Source: Candidatus Woesearchaeota archaeon
Lineage (GTDB): Archaea; Nanobdellota; Nanobdellia; Pacearchaeales; GW2011-AR1
Reading direction: 5' to 3'
Assembly: GCA_964606775.1 (NCBI GenBank)
Contig: CAZSGW010000001.1
Coordinates: 24,002-88,001, forward strand
Length of the DNA: 64,000 nt
A program made the position numbers and the translations under genes. Below, one piece after another: positions 56,637 to 64,000 of this stretch; positions within the stretch are counted from its first letter, which is position 1, and each line of letters opens with the position of its first letter. The notes beneath the pieces were generated by a model. The model did no database searches, was not told where the DNA came from, and worked only from the letters and a program-made list of their open reading frames with translations.

Positions 56637-56742
56637 ACGGAGTACATTTTGTTTTTAAACATTTCCATTCCGAAAAATAATAAATAAAAATTTTAAAAAA
56701 CAAGATAAAAACATTTATAAACAAAATTTCAATTCCTCTAAC

Positions 56743-57102
56743 ATGAAGCTCGGAAAAAAACTAACCGGTGGAAAGTACATTAAACGAAGAAAAATGAAGA
56801 AGTACGAAAGAGCTGGGCAAAAGACAACCACAAAATTAGGGGAAGAAAAAAAGAAAACAAAAAAAACAAGAGGTGGAAACAAAAAGACACGAATATTGAA
56901 AGGAAAAATAATCAACATTAAAGATAAAGACAAGATAAAAAAAGCAGAAATAAAAAATGTTATAGAAACTCCTTCAAACAGATTCTTAGCAAGACAAAAT
57001 ATTCTAACAAAAGGAACAATTATTGAAACAGAATTAGGAAAAGCAAAAATAACTAACCGTCCAACCCAACAGGGAATGATTAACGGAATTTTAGTTGAAT
57101 AA
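56743..57102 (+). CDS. rps8e: Ribosomal protein S8e
   Basis: ..TGGKYIKRRKMKKYERAGQKTTTKLGEEKKKTKKTRGGNKKTRIL.. matches the archaeal S8e pattern. Confidence 0.75.
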   Translation: MKLGKKLTGGKYIKRRKMKKYERAGQKTTTKLGEEKKKTKKTRGGNKKTRILKGKIINIKDKDKIKKAEIKNVIETPSNRFLARQNILTKGTIIETELGKAKITNRPTQQGMINGILVE

Positions 57103-57155
57103 TTTTACTTCTCAAGGATGATGATATAAACCGAAACCTTTTTAAACGCAATTCC

Positions 57156-57164
57156 TTTTTAAAT
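57156..57164 (+). promoter_or_regulatory. TATA box (tttttaaat) about 25 nt upstream of the tfb ATG
   Basis: Position and consensus. Confidence 0.35.
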
Positions 57165-57184
57165 CTTACGGAAAAGTTCTAAAA

Positions 57185-58120
57185 ATGGCTTCAATAAAAA
57201 AGTGTCCAGAATGCGAAAGTATAAATTTAACTTACGATTCACACCTTGGAGAAATAATTTGCAATGATTGTGGATTAGTTGTTGAAGAAAAAATGGTTGA
57301 TACAGGTATTGACCTTTCTGGAAAATTTGATAAAACAGAAAAAAAAGGTCGTGGTGGAGCTCCAATTTCAAGACAAAAATTCGATCAGGGTCTAACAACC
57401 AATGTAGGCGAAATATCAGATATTTACAAATTAGACCCAAAACAAACAAGAAAATTCCTAAGGTTAAAAAAATGGCAAGAAAGAGTTTCAACCTCAATTG
57501 AAAGAAATCTAAGACTTGCTATGGCTGAATTAAGAGTTATTTCTTCTTATTTACATCTTCCAAACGTAGTTAGAGATGAAGCTTCAAGAATTTACAATTA
57601 TGTCCTACAAAGAGGTTTAGTTCGTGGAAGAAGTATGGAATCTGTAATCGCAGCTTGTTTATACGCCGCTTGTAGAAGTTACAATATTCCAAGAACTCTC
57701 GACGAAATGGCAACAGCATCAGATGTTGAAAGAAAAGAAATAGGACGAACATACAGATTCATAATAAGAAAATTAGGCATCAAAGTAAAACAATCCTCTC
57801 CAAAAGATTACATCTCAAGATTTTCTTCTGTACTAAAACTATCTCCAAAAACTCAAAACGAAGCATTAAAATTATTGAAAGATGCAGACAAAGTTGAACT
57901 AACATCTGGAAGAGGGCCAGCTGGAATTGCAGCAGCAGCACTTTACGTAGCAGCATTAATGAATGATGAGAAAAAAACACAAAGAGAAGTTGCTGATATT
58001 GCAGGAATAACAGAAGTAACAATTAGAAATAGATATAAAGAATTAATTGAAAAATTAGAATTAGAAGAAAAAATAAAACAAAAAGAAGCTGAATCAAAGA
58101 AAAAGAAAAAAGAAGAGTGA
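57185..58120 (+). CDS. tfb: Transcription initiation factor TFB (TFIIB)
   Basis: N-terminal Zn ribbon CPECES..CNDCG, B-finger, and two cyclin repeats. Confidence 0.9.
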   Translation: MASIKKCPECESINLTYDSHLGEIICNDCGLVVEEKMVDTGIDLSGKFDKTEKKGRGGAPISRQKFDQGLTTNVGEISDIYKLDPKQTRKFLRLKKWQERVSTSIERNLRLAMAELRVISSYLHLPNVVRDEASRIYNYVLQRGLVRGRSMESVIAACLYAACRSYNIPRTLDEMATASDVERKEIGRTYRFIIRKLGIKVKQSSPKDYISRFSSVLKLSPKTQNEALKLLKDADKVELTSGRGPAGIAAAALYVAALMNDEKKTQREVADIAGITEVTIRNRYKELIEKLELEEKIKQKEAESKKKKKEE

Positions 58121-58235
58121 TTAATTTCTCCGAATTATAAAAAGAAACTTATTGAATCTCTAAAAAGTAAACTTTTCAAAAACAAAAATCTAAAAAGACT
58201 AAACTTTTTATAATCTAATTATCTGAAATTTTTAT

Positions 58236-58319
58236 GCGGAGTTGCCGGAGCGGTCAAACGGGACGGACTCAAAATCCGTTGGCTCAGTGCCTACGTAGGT
58301 TCGAATCCTATACTCCGCA
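58236..58319 (+). tRNA. tRNA-Leu (anticodon CAA), class II with long variable arm
   Basis: GCGGAGU/ACUCCGC acceptor, anticodon loop CUCAAAA, variable arm UGGCUCAGUGCCUAC, T-arm GTAGG-TTCGAAT-CCTAT, discriminator A. Confidence 0.85.
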
Positions 58320-58426
58320 TAAATAAGATAGATTCGAAGCCTTGGGTTTCGTTCATTTGAAAAATGAAAGACGTAAATAACTTGTTTCTTTGCATCGGTG
58401 AAGAATCTTTAGATTGCTTCAGCGAC

Positions 58427-58467
58427 GTAGGTAACTTGATTACCTGCACGAATCCTATACTCCGCAT
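58427..58467 (+). other. Partial duplicate of the tRNA-Leu 3' portion (acgtaggt + 16-nt insert aacttgattacctgca + cgaatcctatactccgcat)
   Basis: A 19-nt exact match to 58301..58319, plus an 8-nt match to 58293..58300 of the upstream tRNA, interrupted in the T-loop; followed by a T6 run. Confidence 0.5.
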
Positions 58468-58546
58468 TTTTTACCTAAAAAATTAAACTTCAATAATTAT
58501 TTTTAAAAGAATAAATCCTTAAAAACAGAAAAGAAGTTAAAATTAT

Positions 58547-59110
58547 ATGGATAGAAGAAAATTTCTAAAAGAAATTGCAATGTCAATGACAGGCATATGT
58601 ATTTTTCCTATGACAAGTTTTAATTGGAAATCAGATATAGAATATGATAAAGATATAATAGATGTAAAAAAAATTTTCAGGAATAAAATTGCTTTCAGAA
58701 AAACATCCAAAAATGAGTTGGGAATGGAAGCATTTTATTGGGACAAAAAAATAGAAAAACAATTACAAGAAGATAACTTCTACAAACCCAAAGGAATATA
58801 CTCTCCAAAAAAAGTAAGAAAAAATGAAAAAACGATAAATGAATTAGAAATATTAACTACCGAATCCACAGGTATAAAAGAAGAAAGAGACCGAGCATAT
58901 GTTTGGGGTTGGAGACCCTTAAGCTCTGAGGACAAATATGGAATTTTTGACAAAGAATATTACCTCTTTGAAAAAGAAAACGAAGAAAAGAAAATGAATT
59001 TTTATTTAATTCCTAAACAAAATTCAACAACAAAAAACCTGACAAAAAGAAAAAGTACCCTCATAACTTCAGAAAAAGGGATTTATGAATTCATCAAAAA
59101 TGAACATTAA
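58547..59110 (+). CDS. Hypothetical secreted protein with twin-arginine-like signal (MDRRKFLKEIAMSMTGICIF)
   Basis: RRKFLK matches the Tat consensus (S/T)RRxFLK, followed by an h-region. Confidence 0.4.
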   Translation: MDRRKFLKEIAMSMTGICIFPMTSFNWKSDIEYDKDIIDVKKIFRNKIAFRKTSKNELGMEAFYWDKKIEKQLQEDNFYKPKGIYSPKKVRKNEKTINELEILTTESTGIKEERDRAYVWGWRPLSSEDKYGIFDKEYYLFEKENEEKKMNFYLIPKQNSTTKNLTKRKSTLITSEKGIYEFIKNEH

Positions 59111-59522
59111 GATGATGAAATTTTCTCTCATCCCAAACGCCATCTAAATCATAATCTATATATTCTATAACTTCTTTATCACTTTTATAAAAATATTTGG
59201 ATTTTCTAAAAATATTTCCTTCGGAATTGTAAGAATCTACTGAACAACGAGGAAGGCGTGAATTAGAACATTTCTTAACTTCTGTAACATCCAAAGAACC
59301 ATTAGATGAATAATCAATTCGCTTAATTTCATTCAAACTATCACTAAAATAAATAGCCATATCTCTCATCCTATCGTTATTACAATCCTCATAAAGAGTA
59401 TCAACAGAATAACCTCCATCGAAAAATTCCTCAGGACTTGGAACCTGGGCATTAACTTTCCCAACAGATAACTCCAAAAACAAAGGCAATCCAAAAAAAA
59501 TATTTTTACAAAGAGTTTTCAT
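59094..59522 (-). CDS. Small secreted Ca-binding-motif protein, paralog 1 (142 aa)
   Basis: Signal peptide ending GKVNAQVPSPEEFFDGG; D-x-D-x-D-G-like motifs (DYDLDGVWDE, DYSSNGSLD). Confidence 0.45.
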   Translation of the reverse strand: MKTLCKNIFFGLPLFLELSVGKVNAQVPSPEEFFDGGYSVDTLYEDCNNDRMRDMAIYFSDSLNEIKRIDYSSNGSLDVTEVKKCSNSRLPRCSVDSYNSEGNIFRKSKYFYKSDKEVIEYIDYDLDGVWDERKFHHLNVHF

Positions 59523-59540
59523 TTTAAATCCAGAAACAAA

Positions 59541-60020
59541 TTATCGGCCAAATCGATGATAAAGTGTGTTACGCGTTATTTTGTCCCACTCACCATCACC
59601 ATCATTGTCATAATAAGTTAAATAAATAGATTTATCGTCCTCAAAAGAAATTCTTTTTTCTTTTTTATGACTTAATAAATTTCCATTAATATCATATTTC
59701 TTTACAACTTCAAGAGGTGTCCGTCCAGATGTAAAAATAATTACATCAATATCTCCATCACCATAGTAATCAACATATTCAATCTTATCCGGAGAAAAAT
59801 CATAACCAGCACGAAGTGCTGTAACTTCATCATTCCCTATTCCATTCCCATTCATATCCGCAGAATAGTTTTCAGTATAATACTTGCCATCCTGAAAAAA
59901 TTTCTCTGGAGTAGGCATAGGCTCCTGAGCATTAACTTTTCCAATCAATAAACTACCTACTAAAGCTGTTCCCAAAATTAATTTTCTACCTAAATTTTTC
60001 ATATTATTTTTAAGAATCAA
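59541..60020 (-). CDS. Small secreted protein with three dockerin/EF-hand-like D-x-[DN]-G-[DN]-G motifs, paralog 2 (159 aa)
   Basis: Signal peptide ending GKVNAQEPMPTPEKFFQDG, then DMNGNGIGNDE, DYYGDGDIDV and DNDGDGEWDK. Confidence 0.5.
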   Translation of the reverse strand: MILKNNMKNLGRKLILGTALVGSLLIGKVNAQEPMPTPEKFFQDGKYYTENYSADMNGNGIGNDEVTALRAGYDFSPDKIEYVDYYGDGDIDVIIFTSGRTPLEVVKKYDINGNLLSHKKEKRISFEDDKSIYLTYYDNDGDGEWDKITRNTLYHRFGR

Positions 60021-60060
60021 AACTTTATAAATCTTTCTATTTGTAACTATTTAATAGTAA

Positions 60061-63000
60061 CTAAATTGAATCCGCAATTATTCCTTTCATAACACTTAAA
60101 TCATTTTTATTTGATTCAAGTCTACTCGCAACTTCTCCACTAAAAACCTCTTTAGAAACATAATACTGAATAAATACATCAACATCAAAATAATCTTGTT
60201 GTACAAAAGGGCTTTCTAAAACAGCCAAAGAACATTTAAGAGAATCTACTTCATCATCACAACCAGACAAACCAGCATTCTCGCTTTTATCTTTAATTTC
60301 TAGAATATTAAGCAAATATTTCATTGTCAATTCCTGCTTATTCAACAACTGATATTCTGAAGTAGAAATAACGTCACTCTCTCTTAAACTATTTAATAAA
60401 TACATATTTTCAATTATTTCATCTTCAAGTTCAGGGAACCCTTTTTTAACTTCTAAAATAGCCAAATTAAGATTCAAGCTACTTTTAGGTTCCAATGCCA
60501 AATAACCCTCTCTCTCAGCAATCGCTTTTCTAACTTCAATCAAATTCATTTCACCCTTCTCAATTTTTTTACACTTATCATCTTTCCAAATTTCCCACCA
60601 AGATTTTTTAAACAAAGGACCTTCATTAGAACAAATCTTTCTATTAATTATTGTTTTGAATTCAGCACATCCCCAATTGGCATCGCTTCTATCATTCAAA
60701 TTACAAGTATAATACATTCTATAACCAATCTGTCCATTAATCTCGTTAATATCATCAATAAGTCTATCCAACCTCTTAAAAGAACTATCTACCTTTTCAA
60801 ACTCTTCCAAAGTTTCAGAAGTTCCTAATTGTTTTTCCTCCAAAATTTTCCTTATCTCTAAAATATTAAAAGTGGCCTTATTCTCAAAACACTTTTCCGA
60901 AACAGAAGATGTGAAACCACTTCCAGAAGTTTCAGAAAAACAATAATTTCCTTTAACCAACTCACTTTCAGCCTCAGTAATAGTCACTCCTGATTTTTCC
61001 TCATCTTCCTTAATCTTATATTCTATAACACTCTCAAAAACTTCTTCTTCAACCAAATCATTAACTAACACTCTAAGCTTAGAATTAGTTAAATAATAAA
61101 CATCTTCCAAATTTTCTCCCTTGAATTGAAGTTCACTAATAAGGTTATTGATATCCTCTAATCCTTGTTCAATATTATTAAGCTTCTTCTTCTCAATTTG
61201 AATATTTGATTTAACCAAAGGAATTTGTTCCGTAGATTTAACATCTTCCCTTATAGAAACCACTACAACAGGAATTAAGTTATCCCCTTCAAACTCTCCA
61301 AGTGTCCTTTTTTGGATTGCCTTGCTTCCAAAATGCTCAGCAAAAATAAGCCTATCCAAATTATCCCTGCCAAGATAAATCAAATTATGAGTATACCTAA
61401 CTTTAGATTTTTTACCAGTTCCCTCTCCACATGACAACCTATCATCTTCAGGATTTTTACTAGATGCTCCAGGATTATAAGCACTACCAGGCCAATAAAC
61501 CCCTACAATCATTCCAGGTTTTAATTTTCCTTGCTCTTCCAAATTAGAAAGCATCTGAATACCATCATCCCTTAACCTATAAAAATCTGTCCGAGTTTCA
61601 CTCAAAGAATTAACTCCCACTGATTGTATCTCCTCATTTATTGCAACAAGCTTATCTTCAGCATCATTATCTACATCAAACAAATACCAAACTCTATCTC
61701 CATAATCCTCTAAATGTCTGCACCAAGCATTAACCCAACTAACTTTATCTCCAAATAAATTCAAATACAATCTAGAAACATAACCAGAACATCCTCCTAC
61801 TTCTTGTCCAATAAACGGAAGAGACTCTTGATTTTTCAAAATTTCCTCCAATAAAACATCCTTCTCAGAAATTTCCACCCTAAAACAAGGCGACCAAATT
61901 AACTTAACAGGATGCTCATCCAATAAATCATAACTTTTCAATTCAAATTTCTTATTATTCCCTCCAGGAAAAGAATAAACAAATGCAATTCTTTGTTGCT
62001 CATCTTTCCATTCCTTAAAAATAACATTATGTCCTCTAGTAGGAGAAGTATCGCTATAAACTTCAAGCATATCTCCCTTTCGAATTACACTAAAAACATG
62101 TTTGCCTGAATATTCTTTATAATTGTCCAGTCTTTTTCTAATCTCTTTATTATTTTCATTTTTCCATTTATAATTCTTAAAGTATGAATTCTCAAAAGTC
62201 AAATCTTGTCTATCATACCAAACACCATATGGATTAGCTCCCGCTTCAGCATAAATGCTTTTAACCCCATCATAACAACTAAATATAGATTCATCATTAT
62301 CATATTCTGAACTACAGCCCAACTCTCCAGGAATTTTTCCAGAATCAACAAAACTCTGAGCAGTTTCTATGATTTTATTTCTCATCTCTCCAGATTCACA
62401 CCGTAATTCATAAGTATCGCCACTATTTTCATCAACCAACCTCTTTGTCAAAGAAATTTTATAAGCATTCAAAGCCAAAACCCCGTGAGCATTTCCTCTT
62501 AAAAAAAGCAATTTAGCCTTTTGTTTATCCCAGAAAACTTTGTCAATTATATTATTAATTTTAGCAATCTGAACGCCAGGAGTTTTTTCAGTATTATCTT
62601 TAATATTATCTATTGTGCTCTTGAATTCCTCTTCACTTAAGTAATCTTCTTCACTCAACAGAATATCTGAATAATGTTTTCCTAAACCTTGCAAACTATC
62701 ATCCGCTAAACCTTCAATATTCTCGCCACCGCTTTTAGCAAACTCTCTCAAATTAGGAGAATCTATAACATCTTTAACACTCTCTGTATCTAACCAACAC
62801 TTAATTTTTTTATCTCCACAATAACCAACCTGAACCCAACGAGAACCATTCTTAGCAGCATTAGGATCAGTTCCAATACCAGGATTTTCAGTAGCACAAA
62901 TTCTTGTAATTCCTTTATTATAAATTTCAGGGTCAGCAAAATCTCCAGCTGTCTCCTGAACATTCAAACCCGAGTCAAGCAAGCTGTAAAAACTGGGAGT

Positions 63001-64000
63001 TCCAGAAATACATTCTGCTTCAGAACTTATATCTTTCTGTGAAGCTTGCTGATTAACATATTCGTCAGTAATGTAATTTTGTGCAAAGGAAGTTGATACT
63101 TCCTTAAATCCACATTCCTCTTGACCATTAACAACTATGCACATTTCATCATATCCTGAAGGAGCAGTAAAATCAACACTCTGAGATTCATAATCTCCCG
63201 TAGGAACATAACCCGAATCAACTATCTTCGAATAAGCAGTATCCTGAAAATAAGTACTCGAAGGAGAACCTTTCAAATAAACCCTATAATAAGATCCTCT
63301 ATCGTTTCCAGCATAAATATGGTAGAACACCTTATATTGCGAAACAGGAGGATTAGTTGCAGTGGTGTAAGGTATTTCTTCAAATCTTCCGTGAAACTGA
63401 GACGGAGAATCAGGTTCGGTGAGTGCATCTAAGAAATCCATTGCATTAGGATAAGCAATAGAAGAGTACGCTTTACAAATAGTCCCGCCTGCCTCTTCAA
63501 CAGAACGTGCCTTAAAAGCCTTGTATGAATTAGAGGCATAACTTTGCGTAAAGAAATTCATTGATTCACTTGCAGTTTGCCACGCATTCTGAACTCCCAA
63601 ATATTCTCCACCCCCTCTAACGTTCTGTCCTAAAAGAAGAGAAATAACTTTTGGAACACCTACCTTAACCAAAGGAATTCCTTGTCTCCATAAAAACTCA
63701 CACATATAAATACTATGAATCTGATCACAAATACCAACCGTTCTTCCAGTTTCCAAATTCTCTTGTAGGCAATCCCTATAAGATTCCTTAACTGCAATCC
63801 ACCCATCAACTCCTGCATGCAATCCAGACAAACAAACAGGAACATAAACTTCCCCGCCAAACGCTTTAAAATTAGGTAAACATAATGCTAAACTTCCAAT
63901 AATTCCAGACTGAACAGGATCACTAACAGGGTAGGCTCCTCCAAAATCACATCTCGATGCAGGACAAATTACAGGGTCACAAACATTAAACAAAAGTTTA
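60061..64000 (-). CDS. Giant Cys-rich extracellular protein of unknown function (>1310 aa; N-terminus beyond the window)
   Basis: The ORF-track start at 63993 is a TTG with no upstream stop before the window edge, so the gene continues beyond the window. Many Cys pairs are present; no recognised catalytic motif. Confidence 0.55.
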   Translation of the reverse strand, partial: KLLFNVCDPVICPASRCDFGGAYPVSDPVQSGIIGSLALCLPNFKAFGGEVYVPVCLSGLHAGVDGWIAVKESYRDCLQENLETGRTVGICDQIHSIYMCEFLWRQGIPLVKVGVPKVISLLLGQNVRGGGEYLGVQNAWQTASESMNFFTQSYASNSYKAFKARSVEEAGGTICKAYSSIAYPNAMDFLDALTEPDSPSQFHGRFEEIPYTTATNPPVSQYKVFYHIYAGNDRGSYYRVYLKGSPSSTYFQDTAYSKIVDSGYVPTGDYESQSVDFTAPSGYDEMCIVVNGQEECGFKEVSTSFAQNYITDEYVNQQASQKDISSEAECISGTPSFYSLLDSGLNVQETAGDFADPEIYNKGITRICATENPGIGTDPNAAKNGSRWVQVGYCGDKKIKCWLDTESVKDVIDSPNLREFAKSGGENIEGLADDSLQGLGKHYSDILLSEEDYLSEEEFKSTIDNIKDNTEKTPGVQIAKINNIIDKVFWDKQKAKLLFLRGNAHGVLALNAYKISLTKRLVDENSGDTYELRCESGEMRNKIIETAQSFVDSGKIPGELGCSSEYDNDESIFSCYDGVKSIYAEAGANPYGVWYDRQDLTFENSYFKNYKWKNENNKEIRKRLDNYKEYSGKHVFSVIRKGDMLEVYSDTSPTRGHNVIFKEWKDEQQRIAFVYSFPGGNNKKFELKSYDLLDEHPVKLIWSPCFRVEISEKDVLLEEILKNQESLPFIGQEVGGCSGYVSRLYLNLFGDKVSWVNAWCRHLEDYGDRVWYLFDVDNDAEDKLVAINEEIQSVGVNSLSETRTDFYRLRDDGIQMLSNLEEQGKLKPGMIVGVYWPGSAYNPGASSKNPEDDRLSCGEGTGKKSKVRYTHNLIYLGRDNLDRLIFAEHFGSKAIQKRTLGEFEGDNLIPVVVVSIREDVKSTEQIPLVKSNIQIEKKKLNNIEQGLEDINNLISELQFKGENLEDVYYLTNSKLRVLVNDLVEEEVFESVIEYKIKEDEEKSGVTITEAESELVKGNYCFSETSGSGFTSSVSEKCFENKATFNILEIRKILEEKQLGTSETLEEFEKVDSSFKRLDRLIDDINEINGQIGYRMYYTCNLNDRSDANWGCAEFKTIINRKICSNEGPLFKKSWWEIWKDDKCKKIEKGEMNLIEVRKAIAEREGYLALEPKSSLNLNLAILEVKKGFPELEDEIIENMYLLNSLRESDVISTSEYQLLNKQELTMKYLLNILEIKDKSENAGLSGCDDEVDSLKCSLAVLESPFVQQDYFDVDVFIQYYVSKEVFSGEVASRLESNKNDLSVMKGIIADSI

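Noticed and set aside
57159-57497. Minus-strand 112-aa ORF and further antisense ORFs at 57570..57752 and 57780..58022
   Set aside because: Antisense to tfb; leucine-rich shadow ORFs.
58320-58546. Second complete tRNA downstream of tRNA-Leu
   Set aside because: No 5' acceptor strand (GCGGAGU) or D and anticodon arms are present, only the 3' T-arm/acceptor copy. It is reported as a partial duplicate, not as a tRNA gene.
63991-63993. Apparent start codon of the 1310-aa ORF
   Set aside because: The codon is TTG and the frame stays open to the window edge, so it is treated as internal and the gene is reported as 5'-truncated.
1-64000. rRNA genes, CRISPR arrays, integrases or transposases
   Set aside because: No rRNA-like conserved stretches, no regularly spaced repeat-spacer arrays, and no recombinase or transposase-like ORFs were seen in any frame.

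Overview
This 64-kb window is AT-rich (about 30% GC), gene-dense and clearly archaeal. It carries TFB, TFE-alpha, aRF1 (NIKS/GGQ), LSm, r-proteins L15e and S8e, NAC-alpha, Sec61-beta, the tRNA splicing endonuclease EndA, deoxyhypusine synthase and an archaeal-type ProRS. It also uses Shine-Dalgarno sites (GGAGGT) and TATA boxes about 26 nt upstream of leaderless starts. Small proteins, bacterial-type LeuRS, MetRS, AlaRS and AspRS, and giant surface proteins together suggest a reduced, probably episymbiotic DPANN-like archaeon; this taxonomic call is inference. The core of the window (about 5.2 to 58.3 kb) is a translation and cell-cycle neighbourhood: metG, valS, asnS, aspS, gatE-like, gatD, proS, alaS, leuS, aRF1, endA, rnz, 5 tRNAs, ftsZ, a MinD-like ATPase and ScpB. 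It also holds an oxidative-stress pair (SOD plus a ferritin-like gene, with a rhodanese nearby), a DHS / PLP-decarboxylase / DHH-phosphoesterase operon, and several membrane or secreted hypotheticals. Both window ends hold giant secreted proteins that run off the window and are therefore missing or truncated in the ORF track. (i) At 4754..1 (-) is a >1580-aa signal-peptide protein built from repeated LamG/ConA-like lectin units with an embedded SASA/SGNH carbohydrate O-acetylesterase domain; it contains exact intragenic DNA repeats with a period of about 2.27 kb. (ii) At 64000..60061 (-) is a >1310-aa Cys-rich protein followed by two small secreted paralogs with dockerin/EF-hand-like D-x-D-G-D-G motifs. 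Next to that locus sits a tRNA-Leu whose 3' portion is duplicated 130 bp downstream with a 16-nt insertion (an att-scar or split-tRNA-like signal). Other points of interest are a TFE-alpha with a 60-bp tandem-repeat-encoded Lys-rich tail, an unannotated Sec61-beta ORF, a 26-aa poly-acidic micro-ORF with a perfect SD, and two unusually long noncoding gaps (36887..37271 and 55922..56378). No rRNA, CRISPR array, integrase or transposase was seen.
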